Origin: Candidatus Methylomirabilota bacterium
GTDB lineage: Bacteria; Methylomirabilota; Methylomirabilia; Rokubacteriales; CSP1-6
DNA: 11,697 nt
NCBI GenBank assembly: GCA_046726415.1
Contig: JBKPAK010000161.1
Location: 1-11,697, forward strand
Direction: 5' to 3'
The translations under genes were made by a program, and so were the position numbers. The notes beneath the pieces are model-generated. The model was not told the DNA's origin and made no database searches. It worked only from the letters and a program-made list of their open reading frames with translations. Shown here piece after piece: positions 1 to 7,926 of this stretch (position 1 is its first letter; each line of letters starts with the position of its first letter).

Positions 1-71
1 GCACATCACCGCGGGCATACGCTCACCCAGAGGAGTGCCGACAGCCTCTGACGATGAACGGAGGGCACGCG

Positions 72-620
72 ATGCCACGAATTCAGGGGATCGATCCGGC
101 CAGTGCGGAAGGCGAGGTGAAGGCAACCTTCGCGGCCCAGACGAGACAGTGGGGGGCGCCGCTGGGGCCGCATCTACTCTACGCGCGGCGGCCGGCGATC
201 TTTCGGGGCGCCCAGGCCATGTGGCGCGCGATCTACGCGTGCCAGAAGGTCGACCCTGCGTTGCGGGCTCTGCTCAACCGGCGAGTCGCCTCTCTCAACG
301 GCTGCGAGTTCTGACAGGACATAAATGCTGCCGTGGGCAGCGAGCTCGGCGTGCCGCGCGAGAAGATCCTGCAGCTCGCGGACTACCGGAGGAGTGGGCT
401 CTTCAGCGAGGCCGAAAAGACCGCCCTGGAATACGCGGATGCCATGACCTTGAGCGACCGCGAGGTCGAGGACGAGCTGTTTGCCCGGCTGCGCCAGTTC
501 TTCGACGACGACGCGATCGTCGAGCTGACCATGACCATCGCCTGGGAGAACGCCTCGTCCAAGTTCAACCGCGCGCTGCGGATTCCGTCGCAGGGTTTCT
601 GGAAGCAGGCCAGCCCCTGA
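72..620 (+). CDS. AhpD-like / carboxymuconolactone decarboxylase (CMD) family protein, predicted selenoprotein (182 aa, Sec81 in a CxxU motif)
   Basis: ATG at 72 follows GGAGGG (60-65). Track ORFs 54..314 and 333..620 are in the same frame and separated only by TGA 312-314. Read-through gives ...LRALLNRRVASLNG-C-E-F-U-QDINAAVGSELGVPREKILQLADYRRSGLFSEAEKTALEYADAMT...LRQFFDDDAIVELTMTIAWENASSKFNRAL, a continuous AhpD/CMD-like sequence with TGA at the second Cys of CxxC. Confidence 0.9.
315..349 (+). promoter_or_regulatory. Candidate bacterial SECIS element
   Basis: Perfect stem GCTGCC (327-332) / GGCAGC (336-341) with a GTG loop, starting 12 nt after the in-frame TGA and preceded by an A-rich spacer (CAGGACATAAAT). 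CTGA (311-314) can pair weakly with TCGG (346-349). Spacing and the G/U-containing loop resemble the upper stem-loop of the E. coli fdhF SECIS. Confidence 0.75.
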
Positions 621-638
621 CGCGGGTGTCGATGGCGT

Positions 639-1832
639 TCACTCTCTGCCGGGCGCCGACGCCGGGCGCGCCGTCTCCTCGAGCATGGTGCGCGCGGCGG
701 CCATCAGCGAGGGGATGCGGTCGGCGATGGTCGCCATCCGTGGATCGGTGCTCTCGCCCCGGACCCAGCGCCGGTGGAGCTGCTGGACCACCACCACGGT
801 TTTCCACAGTGCGAAGGCCTCCCACCAGCGCACGGCCGCCGGGTCCACCCCCCTCCGCGCGGCGTAGCGTGCGGTGAGCTCGGCGCGGGTCGGCAGGCCC
901 ATCTGCGCGAGTCCCGGATTGCTCGCGCGCTGGGCGTGCTCGGGGTCGACGGGATCGGGCCAGTAGTTGAGGAGCGTCCCGAGATCGATGAGCGGATCGC
1001 CGAGCGTCGTCATATCCCAGTCGAAGATGGCCGCGACGCGGTCGGGGTTGGCGGGATCGAACTGGCAATTGTCGAGCTTCAGGTCGTTGTGGACGATCGA
1101 CACGCGGCTCATCGACGGCATGCCGCGGACCAGCTGCTGGTGCAGCTCGTCCATCATCGCCGGCGAATCGTCGAATTTCGACAGCTCCCATCGCTTGGCC
1201 CACCCGCTCACCTGGCGCTCGATGAAGCCCTCGGGCTTGCCGAGATCACCGAGGTCGCAGGTCGTCGGGTCGAGGGCGTGGAGATCAGCCATGGCGTCCA
1301 CCAGGGCGAACGCGATCCGGCGGGCGACGTCCCGGTGCGCCCGCATGGAGGGGGGCAACGTGGCGCGGACCACCTCACCACGGCGCCGTTCCATGAGGAA
1401 GAAGTCGGCACCGAGGACGGTGTGGTCGTCGCAGAAGAGATAGGCGCGCGGCGCCCGGTCGAAGTGACGCCAGAGTCGCGAGAGCACCTTGTACTCGCGC
1501 TTCATGTCGTGGGCGCCCGGCGCGATCTGGCCCATCGGCGGTCGGCGCAGCACCAGCTCCGCGTCGCCCAGCCGCAGGAGATACGTGAGGTTGGCGGAGC
1601 CGTTCGGAAACTGCAGCACGTCGAGCGGCCCCGTCATGCTGGGTAGGAGCTGGGCCAGCCGCGGGCGCAGCCACGCCTCGAGCGCGGTCCAGTCGAGCTG
1701 CTCGCCGGGCCGGACGGGTGCGAGCTCCTGGGGAACGTCTACCGAAGAGACGCCGGCACTGGGGGGGTCCGCGCGCCCCGGCGGCTCGCCCGGAGGAATT
1801 ACCCCGCCAGGGGCGGCTTTCTTGCGAACCAT
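639..1832 (-). CDS. Phosphotransferase family protein (APH/choline-kinase fold, ACAD10/11 N-terminal-domain-like)
   Basis: Motifs QFPNGSANLTY, LVLRRPP, AHDMKREY, Brenner-type HNDLKLDN and IFDWDMTTLGDPLIDLG. Start is uncertain: ATG at 1832 is the nearest in-frame ATG/GTG upstream of the conserved VRPGEQLD segment and overlaps the amidase end by 34 nt. Confidence 0.88.
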   Translation of the reverse strand: MVRKKAAPGGVIPPGEPPGRADPPSAGVSSVDVPQELAPVRPGEQLDWTALEAWLRPRLAQLLPSMTGPLDVLQFPNGSANLTYLLRLGDAELVLRRPPMGQIAPGAHDMKREYKVLSRLWRHFDRAPRAYLFCDDHTVLGADFFLMERRRGEVVRATLPPSMRAHRDVARRIAFALVDAMADLHALDPTTCDLGDLGKPEGFIERQVSGWAKRWELSKFDDSPAMMDELHQQLVRGMPSMSRVSIVHNDLKLDNCQFDPANPDRVAAIFDWDMTTLGDPLIDLGTLLNYWPDPVDPEHAQRASNPGLAQMGLPTRAELTARYAARRGVDPAAVRWWEAFALWKTVVVVQQLHRRWVRGESTDPRMATIADRIPSLMAAARTMLEETARPASAPGRE

Positions 1833-3235
1833 GGGCGCGCCTGCTCGAGCTGGGCGGCCAGGCGAAAGAGCGTGGCCTCGTCGCCGAAGCGCGCCACGAG
1901 CTGGACGGCCAAGGGCACCTCGTCCTCGGACGACCGACCGAGCGGGAGCATCATCGCCGGCTGTCCGGTGATATTGAACCACACGGTGAACGGCGAGAAG
2001 TGGAAGACGCGCCGCCAGTACTCGTCGAAGTCGTCCATCGTCATGTCGATCCAGCCGAGCTGGACGGGCAGGGTGGCCAGACCGGGGGTGAGCAGCACGT
2101 CGTAGCGCCCGTGAAAGGCGGCCATTTGGCGACCGAGCCGGTGAGCGGTCTGGGTGGCGCGCACGTAGTCAGGGGCCGGGATCTTCTCGCCCCTCTGCGC
2201 GGTGAGCCACGTCACGCGCTCCACCTCACCCTCGCGCGCGGGGCGGCCGGCCGTGGGATGGGTGGCGAGGTTCGCCACGGTGTTCGCGGAGGCCAGGGTC
2301 AGGAACGTGGGGACGATAGTGCTGCCGTCCACCTCGGGATTGGCTTCCTCGACGCGATGACCGAGGTCGGCGCAGAGCTTCACCGTTTCCGCCAACGCGG
2401 TCAGGCTCACTTGCTCGACCGGCGCCCCGTTAGGCGCCTTCGCCGTCCAGGCGATGCGGAGCCCGCGGGCCGGGGCAGCCACCTCGTGGAGGTACGGCTG
2501 GGCAGGGGGCGGCGCCGCGTACGGATCGCCCGGGCCAGGACCGGCGGTGGCGTCGAGCAGCGCGGCACAGTCGCGGACGGTGAGGGTCACTGCATGCTCA
2601 GTCGCGAGGCCACCCAGCCCCTCCCCAGCAAACGGGGCGAAGGTGTTGCGGGCGCGCGTGGGCTTGAGGCCGACGATGCCACAGCACGCGGCGGGGGCCC
2701 GGATCGATCCGAAGCCGTCGCTGGCGTGTGCCATCGGGAGCATCCGCGCGCCGACGGCTGCCGCGGCACCGCCGCTCGAGCCGCCCGAGATGCGCGTGAG
2801 ATCCCAGGGATTTTTCGTGGGCCCGTACAGCTGCGGCTCGCACGTGAGGCTGAGACCGACCTCGCAGGTGTTGGTCCGCCCGAAGATGACGAGCCCGGCG
2901 CGCTTGAGCCGGCTGACGTGCTCGCTGTCGGCGGCAGCTGGCGGGGAGTTCGCGAAGAAGCGCGAGCCTCGGGTCATCGGCACCCCGGCGATGGAAGACG
3001 TCAAATCTTTCATGAGGTACGGCACGCCGGTGAAGGGTCCATCGGGGAGCCCGCTGGCGATCGCCTGGCGCGCCAGGTCGTAGAGTTTCATCACGACGGC
3101 GTTGACCGCGAGGTTGCGCCCGTCGACGCGCTCGATGGCCGCCTCGAGCAACTCGACTGGCGTGACCTTGCGCCGGCGCACGAGGTCGGCCAGCCCGAGG
3201 GCATCGTATAGCTCGTAGTCCGCGAATCCGCTCAT
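1799..3235 (-). CDS. Amidase signature family enzyme
   Basis: 478 aa with GPFTGVPYLMKDL (catalytic Lys), NPWDLTRISGGSSGGAAAAV and HASDGFGSIRAPAACCG (Ser-cisSer-Lys triad). AGGAG lies upstream of the ATG. Confidence 0.95.
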   Translation of the reverse strand: MSGFADYELYDALGLADLVRRRKVTPVELLEAAIERVDGRNLAVNAVVMKLYDLARQAIASGLPDGPFTGVPYLMKDLTSSIAGVPMTRGSRFFANSPPAAADSEHVSRLKRAGLVIFGRTNTCEVGLSLTCEPQLYGPTKNPWDLTRISGGSSGGAAAAVGARMLPMAHASDGFGSIRAPAACCGIVGLKPTRARNTFAPFAGEGLGGLATEHAVTLTVRDCAALLDATAGPGPGDPYAAPPPAQPYLHEVAAPARGLRIAWTAKAPNGAPVEQVSLTALAETVKLCADLGHRVEEANPEVDGSTIVPTFLTLASANTVANLATHPTAGRPAREGEVERVTWLTAQRGEKIPAPDYVRATQTAHRLGRQMAAFHGRYDVLLTPGLATLPVQLGWIDMTMDDFDEYWRRVFHFSPFTVWFNITGQPAMMLPLGRSSEDEVPLAVQLVARFGDEATLFRLAAQLEQARPWFARKPPLAG

Positions 3236-3400
3236 GCTCGCGTCTCCTGCGGGAATGCGACCGTCCGACGGTCAGGCCACGATCATGCCATGGGAACGGG
3301 GGACCCGCGGCAATCGCGTCTTGCCAGTGAGGGATGACCTGCCCGATGATGCTGAACACGCGACAGCCCGGACGCGACCCGGGCAAGGTGTGAGGTGCGC
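3236..3400. promoter_or_regulatory. Divergent intergenic region, probably holding promoters for the amidase-kinase and MBL-ACAD-MFP units
   Basis: 165 nt between divergent starts. Weak candidates: TTGCCA (3321-3326) N18 GATGAT (3345-3350) on +, and an extended -10-like TGGCATGAT (3290-3282) on -. Confidence 0.35.
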
Positions 3401-4273
3401 ATGACCACCATCCAGTTCGGTCCAGTGACGATCTCGCGCGTGGTGGAAATTGGCCGCTCGTCCTATCCCACCGCGACGATGCTCCCCGGCTCCGATCCGC
3501 AGAAGATCGCCGCGCACCTGGTCTGGATCAAGCCGCACTTCTTCGACGCGGCCACCGGCGATATCGGGTCGCGCATCCAGACCTTCATCGTGCGGACGCC
3601 AAAGCACACGATCCTGGTGGATACCGGCGTGGGCAACGACAAGCACCGCGAGGAGAATCCGATCTGGCACCTCCGCCAGGGCGGGTATCTCGACGATCTC
3701 CAAGCGGCCGGGGTGACGCCCGAGCAGGTCGACGTCGTGCTCTGCACTCACATGCACGTCGACCACGTGGGCTGGAACACGCGCCTGGTGGACGGGCGGT
3801 GGGTGCCCACGTTTCCTCGCGCCAAGTACATCTTTGCCGGCGAGGAGTGGGAGTTCTGGCGGCACGAGGCCGCGACCGGCAAGGAACCGTTCGGCTGCAT
3901 CGACGACAGCGTGGTCCCGATCGTCAGCGCGGGTCAGGCCATGCTGGTCAATAGTGACTATGCGGTGGACGAGTACCTCCGCTTCGAGCCGGCGCGCGGG
4001 CACACGCCCGGGCATTCGTGCATTCGCCTCACGACCCCGGCGGGGGAGGCGGTCTTCTCTGGCGACCTCATGCATCGGGTGGTCCAGGTGGCGGAGCCGC
4101 AATGGAGCAGTCAGTTCTGCTACGACCCCGCACAGGCGGCCGAGACCCGGCGCGCCTTCGTGGAGCAGCAGGCCGACTCGGGCGTACTCATCCTGGCCGC
4201 GCATTTCCCGCGGCCCGGCTACATCGTGCGGGAGCACGGCGGGCACCGCTTCGTCTCGGCCGACTTCACGTAG
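3401..4273 (+). CDS. Metallo-beta-lactamase-fold metallo-hydrolase (lactonase-like)
   Basis: ILVDTGVGN, THMHVDHVGW (HxHxDH), GHTPGH, FSGDLMH and a C-terminal AHF. GAGGTG precedes ATG 3401. Confidence 0.93.
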   Translation: MTTIQFGPVTISRVVEIGRSSYPTATMLPGSDPQKIAAHLVWIKPHFFDAATGDIGSRIQTFIVRTPKHTILVDTGVGNDKHREENPIWHLRQGGYLDDLQAAGVTPEQVDVVLCTHMHVDHVGWNTRLVDGRWVPTFPRAKYIFAGEEWEFWRHEAATGKEPFGCIDDSVVPIVSAGQAMLVNSDYAVDEYLRFEPARGHTPGHSCIRLTTPAGEAVFSGDLMHRVVQVAEPQWSSQFCYDPAQAAETRRAFVEQQADSGVLILAAHFPRPGYIVREHGGHRFVSADFT

Positions 4274-4275
4274 TC

Positions 4276-5439
4276 ATGCCAACCTTCCCCGGGTATCGGT
4301 TGCCCGACGAGCTGGTCGCCGTGCGCGATCAGGTGCGACGGTTCATCCGCGACGAAATCGTGCCGCTGGAGCAGCGGCTCGACCCCGACGCGCCAGAGAT
4401 CCCCGACGAGGACTACCATCGGCTCTCCGAAAGGACCAAGGCCGCGGGGCTGTGGTGCCTGGGCATTCCGGAGAAGTACGGCGGCGGAGGCCTCGACACC
4501 TTCTCGATGTCGGTCATCCTCGAGGAGATGGCGCAGCACCGGATGGGACTCTACAACCCGGGGTGCGGGGTGTTCGGCCGGCCGCCAGCGCCCTTCATCT
4601 TCGGGGGGAGCCAGGAGCAGATCGAGCGCTATGCCATGCCGGCCATCCGCGAGGGCTACCACACATTCTTCGCCATCACCGAGCCAAGCGGCGGCTCCGA
4701 CCCGGCCGGCGCCATCCAGACTACCGCCGTCAAGCAGGGCGGGTATTGGGTGCTCAACGGGACCAAGATCTTCATCTCCCGCGCGCACCTCGGCGAGTGG
4801 GGAGTGATCTTCGCGCGCACGGACCGCACGAAAGGGCGGGCCGGGGTCAGCGCGTTCATCGTGGAGAAGGGGACGCCCGGCTTCACGGCCCGACCGATCC
4901 GGACGATCAGAACGGCAGCGGTGCCGTGCGAGGTGGCGCTGGAGGACTGCAAGGTCCCTCTCCAGAACCTGGTCGGCGACGAGGGAGCTGGCCTCAACCT
5001 GGCTCTCGGCGGCCTCGTCCGCCAGCGCTTTCCGTACTCGGCCTGCAACCTCGGCGTGGCCGTCGCTGCCCACCGCATGGCCGTCGCCCACGCCAAGCAG
5101 CGCTCGACCTTCGGGGTGCGCCTCAGCGAGCGTCAGGCCATCCAGTGGATGCTCGTCGACGCCGAGGTGGAGATGCGGGCGGCGCGCTGGCTGATCTGGG
5201 AGGGCGCCTGGAAGGCTGACCGCGGAGAGGATGCCCGGGTCGAGGCCTCCATCGCCAAGCTCTACTCCAGCGAGGTGCTCGGGCGCGTGGTCGACGCCGC
5301 GGTGCAGGTTCATGGCGGCTACGGGGTGGCCAAGGAGTTCCCGCTGGAGCGCTGGTACCGCGAGGCGCGGGTGCGTCGCATCGGGGAAGGGCCGTCGGAG
5401 GTCCAGCGCATGGTGATCGCGCGCGCGCTGTTCCGGTGA
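4276..5439 (+). CDS. Acyl-CoA dehydrogenase family protein (387 aa)
   Basis: ATG lies 2 nt after the MBL stop. Motifs FAITEPSGGSD, WVLNGTKIFIS, RSTFG..L...QAIQW, AVQVHGGYG and RIGEGPSEVQR (catalytic Glu in the C-terminal position). Confidence 0.95.
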   Translation: MPTFPGYRLPDELVAVRDQVRRFIRDEIVPLEQRLDPDAPEIPDEDYHRLSERTKAAGLWCLGIPEKYGGGGLDTFSMSVILEEMAQHRMGLYNPGCGVFGRPPAPFIFGGSQEQIERYAMPAIREGYHTFFAITEPSGGSDPAGAIQTTAVKQGGYWVLNGTKIFISRAHLGEWGVIFARTDRTKGRAGVSAFIVEKGTPGFTARPIRTIRTAAVPCEVALEDCKVPLQNLVGDEGAGLNLALGGLVRQRFPYSACNLGVAVAAHRMAVAHAKQRSTFGVRLSERQAIQWMLVDAEVEMRAARWLIWEGAWKADRGEDARVEASIAKLYSSEVLGRVVDAAVQVHGGYGVAKEFPLERWYREARVRRIGEGPSEVQRMVIARALFR

Positions 5440-6773
5440 AGATTCGCGGCCAGGCCTGGCCGGTGCCCATCGCCCTCTGCGTCGCCGCCGTTCTGCTCGC
5501 AGGATGCCGTGAAGGCTCGCCCGCTCGCCCGCCCGAGCTCCTTCAAGTAGACGTCACCTCCGTCATCCCGCGCGACGTCACCATCCACGGGGAATGGGTG
5601 GGGACCACCACGGGGTTCGTGGACGCCCAGATCCGCGCCTACGTCCCCGGCTATCTGCTCAGCCAGAACTACAAGGAGGGATCGTTTGTGCGGAAGGGAG
5701 ATCCTCTCTTCCAGATCGATCCCCGACCGTACCAGGCCGTCCTCGACGACGCACGAGCAAAGGTCAAGCAGGCCGAGTCCGAAGTCGACCAGGCCCGCGC
5801 CGACGTCAAGCAGGCCGAGTCCGGCGTGGACGAAGCTAGGGCCCAGGTGGAGCAGGCCATGGCTGACGTGAGCCGGGCGGAGGCCAATCAGCGCAAGACG
5901 CAGCTCGACGTCGATCGCTACACGCCGCTCGCGCAGGACGGGTCAGTCAGCCAGCAGGAGCTGGACGATGCTGTTCAGAACAACCTGGCCAACAAGGCCG
6001 CTATCGTCGCCGCCAAGGGCAACGTCGCCCGCGCCCGGGCCAGCGTGGTCACCGCCCAGGCCAACGTCGCCCGCAAGGAGGCCAACGTAGCGCGCGCGCT
6101 CGCTGACGTGGAAAGGGCGCGGGCCGACGTGGAGCGGGCCGCCCTGAACCTGAGCTTCGCGCGCGTCACCTCGCCCATCGACGGCGTGGCCGGCATCCGC
6201 GCCGCCAACATCGGCGACGTGGTCGGCCGACACGAGAACACCCTGCTCACCACGGTCTCCCAGGTCGACCCGCTGTACGTCGAGTTCCCCATCAGCGAGC
6301 AGCACTTCCTGAAGGTGGCGACGGCGTGGGAGGCGGCCGCTCAGGGCCGGGGCGCGCCAATCAGCCTCGAGCTGATCCTCGCCGATGGCAGCGTGTTCGC
6401 CCAGCGCGGCAAGCTCGACATCGTGGGGCGCAGCGTGGACGTGACCACCGGGACCTTGCGCATCCGCGGTCTCTTCCCTAATCCCGGCGGCCTCCTGCGC
6501 CCTGGTCAGTTTGCCAAGGTGCGGGCGCCGCTCGAGGTGCGGCGCGGGGCGCTGCTCGTCGCGCAGAGCGCCGTGCAGCAGCTTCAAGATCTCTACCAGC
6601 TGGCGGTGGTCACCCCCGGCGACACGGTCGAGATCCGCTCCGTCAAGGTCGGCCCGCGGCTGGGGCCCCAGTGGATCATCGAGGAGGGGCTGCGGCCCGG
6701 CGAGCGCGTGGTCGTGGATGGGCTCCTGCGGGTGAAGGCTGGAGAGAAGGTGCGGCCCAAACTCGTGTCCTGA
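5436..6773 (+). CDS. RND efflux periplasmic adaptor (membrane fusion protein), lipoprotein
   Basis: GTG start overlaps the ACAD stop (GTGA). Lipobox LLAGC, lipoyl halves IRAYVPGYL...EGSFVRKGDPLFQID and VTSPIDG, then DPLYVEF, TGTLRIRGLFPNP..LLRPGQF and GLRPGERVVVDG. Confidence 0.95.
   Translation: MKIRGQAWPVPIALCVAAVLLAGCREGSPARPPELLQVDVTSVIPRDVTIHGEWVGTTTGFVDAQIRAYVPGYLLSQNYKEGSFVRKGDPLFQIDPRPYQAVLDDARAKVKQAESEVDQARADVKQAESGVDEARAQVEQAMADVSRAEANQRKTQLDVDRYTPLAQDGSVSQQELDDAVQNNLANKAAIVAAKGNVARARASVVTAQANVARKEANVARALADVERARADVERAALNLSFARVTSPIDGVAGIRAANIGDVVGRHENTLLTTVSQVDPLYVEFPISEQHFLKVATAWEAAAQGRGAPISLELILADGSVFAQRGKLDIVGRSVDVTTGTLRIRGLFPNPGGLLRPGQFAKVRAPLEVRRGALLVAQSAVQQLQDLYQLAVVTPGDTVEIRSVKVGPRLGPQWIIEEGLRPGERVVVDGLLRVKAGEKVRPKLVS
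5763..5888 (+). repeat. 42-nt (14-aa) tandem repeat in the first helix of the MFP alpha-hairpin
   Basis: GTCAAGCAGGCCGAGTCCG is identical at 5763 and 5805. A third degenerate unit GTGGAGCAGGCC starts at 5847. Confidence 0.8.
6020..6145 (+). repeat. 21/42-nt heptad repeats in the second helix of the MFP alpha-hairpin
   Basis: CAACGTCGCCCGC is identical at 6020 and 6062. The protein reads NVARARA SVVTAQA NVARKEA NVARALA DVERARA DVERAAL. Confidence 0.75.
6728..6773 (+). repeat. Left copy of an imperfect direct repeat (current MFP 3' end, attL-like)
   Basis: Aligns without gaps to 8635-8680 at 36/46 nt. Encodes RVKAGEKVRPKLVS*. Confidence 0.85.
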
Positions 6774-6852
6774 ACACTTTCGCCCGCTCCGGACCTCCAC
6801 GAAGGAGCGTGTCGCCCAGAGGCTACTTCGCTTCCGGACTCGGCCTGCTCGG

Positions 6853-7869
6853 CTAGTGCCCGATTGTGAGAACAACCCGAAAACGTGCCTTGCCGCTCAT
6901 CATGTGGTCATATCCTTCCGAGACGCGCTCTAACGAGTAGGTTTCGTTCATCGGCCGCACGCCGGTCCGCATGCTGAACGCGAGCGTGTCCTGCGAGTCG
7001 ATCGACGTCCCGGAATACCAGCCCTTGACCGAGCGGCATCCCATCAACAGCGACACCGGAGACACTTGCATCGACTCGGCCGCTCCGACGATCAGCAGGG
7101 TACCGTTCACGGCCACTCCGCCCTGCACGGCGCTCATCGCCTCTCCGCTGGTTGCCGTAGCCAGGATGACCTTAGCGCCGCCCAGCTTGAGGAGTTCCGC
7201 CGCGGGGTCCTGGGCTTGGCTGTCAATGTAGACGGACGCGCCCAGCCGGCGGGCGAGCGGCTCCTTGTCCTGCCCGCGGGCGATGCCGACCGTGTGAAAG
7301 CCCATTTTCGCGGCGTACTGGACCCCGAGGTGGCCGAGGCCGCCCAGCCCGAGCACGGCCACAACCTCGCCCGGCCGCGCGCCGCTGTTGCGCAATGCGT
7401 TGAACGTGGTGAGGCCGGCGCACATGAGCGGGGCCGCCTCGACGGGCGCCAAGTCTGCAGGCATCAGTGCGACCGCGCTGGCGGGTGCCACCATATACTC
7501 GCCGTACCCGCCGTCATACGTGACGCCCGTGGTCTGGCCGCGCACGCAGGCGAAAAACGCACCGCGGCGGCAGTGGTCGCAATAGCCGCAATAGCCGCCG
7601 TTCCACCCGACGCCGACCCGCTGGCCCGGCTCCCATCCGGGGACGCCGGGGCCGACTGCGTCGATCACTCCGGCCACCTCATGGCCGGGAACTCGCGGGT
7701 ACTGAATTCCTGGGTGAAGGCCCTCTTTCGTCATCGAATCGCTGTGGCAGACGCCGCACGCTTCCACCTTGACCCGCACGGATCCTGCGCCCGGCTCCGG
7801 TATCGGCCGTTCAACGATCTCAAAGGGCCCCTTTGGGCAAGAGACCTGCACAACACGCATCGTCGCCAT
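6853..7869 (-). CDS. Zinc-dependent medium-chain alcohol dehydrogenase (AdhP/CAD-like)
   Basis: CGVCHSD, PGHEVAG, structural Zn motif CGYCDHC-x7-C, PLMCAG and Rossmann GLGGLG. SD-like AAGGGGAG lies upstream. Confidence 0.96.
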   Translation of the reverse strand: MATMRVVQVSCPKGPFEIVERPIPEPGAGSVRVKVEACGVCHSDSMTKEGLHPGIQYPRVPGHEVAGVIDAVGPGVPGWEPGQRVGVGWNGGYCGYCDHCRRGAFFACVRGQTTGVTYDGGYGEYMVAPASAVALMPADLAPVEAAPLMCAGLTTFNALRNSGARPGEVVAVLGLGGLGHLGVQYAAKMGFHTVGIARGQDKEPLARRLGASVYIDSQAQDPAAELLKLGGAKVILATATSGEAMSAVQGGVAVNGTLLIVGAAESMQVSPVSLLMGCRSVKGWYSGTSIDSQDTLAFSMRTGVRPMNETYSLERVSEGYDHMMSGKARFRVVLTIGH

Positions 7870-7926
7870 GATTGCTCCCCTTGCCTTCTGTCAGCCGCAG
7901 CTGGCTCGAGAGTTTATTCCTCCGCC

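Noticed and set aside
1-51. Possible 3' end of an upstream + strand gene ending at TGA 49-51
   Set aside because: Only 16 codons are visible and there is no recognisable motif.
54-620. Two separate small genes (54..314 and 333..620) or a nonsense pseudogene
   Set aside because: Same frame, TGA at the redox Cys position, a SECIS-like hairpin and no SD before GTG 333 all favour a single recoded gene.
1833-1982. N-terminal extension of the phosphotransferase ORF to 1982
   Set aside because: Lies deep in the amidase coding region and translates to low-complexity off-frame sequence.
4018-4275. N-terminal extension of the ACAD ORF to 4018
   Set aside because: Overlaps the MBL gene. Family similarity begins at ATG 4276.
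1718-5313. Long alternative-frame and antisense ORFs (e.g. 1718..3211 +, 3272..4246 -, 3834..5219 +, 4219..5313 -)
   Set aside because: Shadow ORFs expected in high-GC DNA. They overlap well-supported genes and have no motifs.
5763-6145. CRISPR-like or mobile repeat array
   Set aside because: The repeats are in-frame multiples of 21 nt encoding coiled-coil heptads, with no unique spacers.
6769-6852. Second attC or terminator downstream of the ADH (GGCGAC...GTTCAGG on minus; CGCTCC/GGAGCG stem)
   Set aside because: Only ~48 bp, lacks the AAC triplet, L boxes and extrahelical bases, and has no U-tract. At best a heavily decayed relic.
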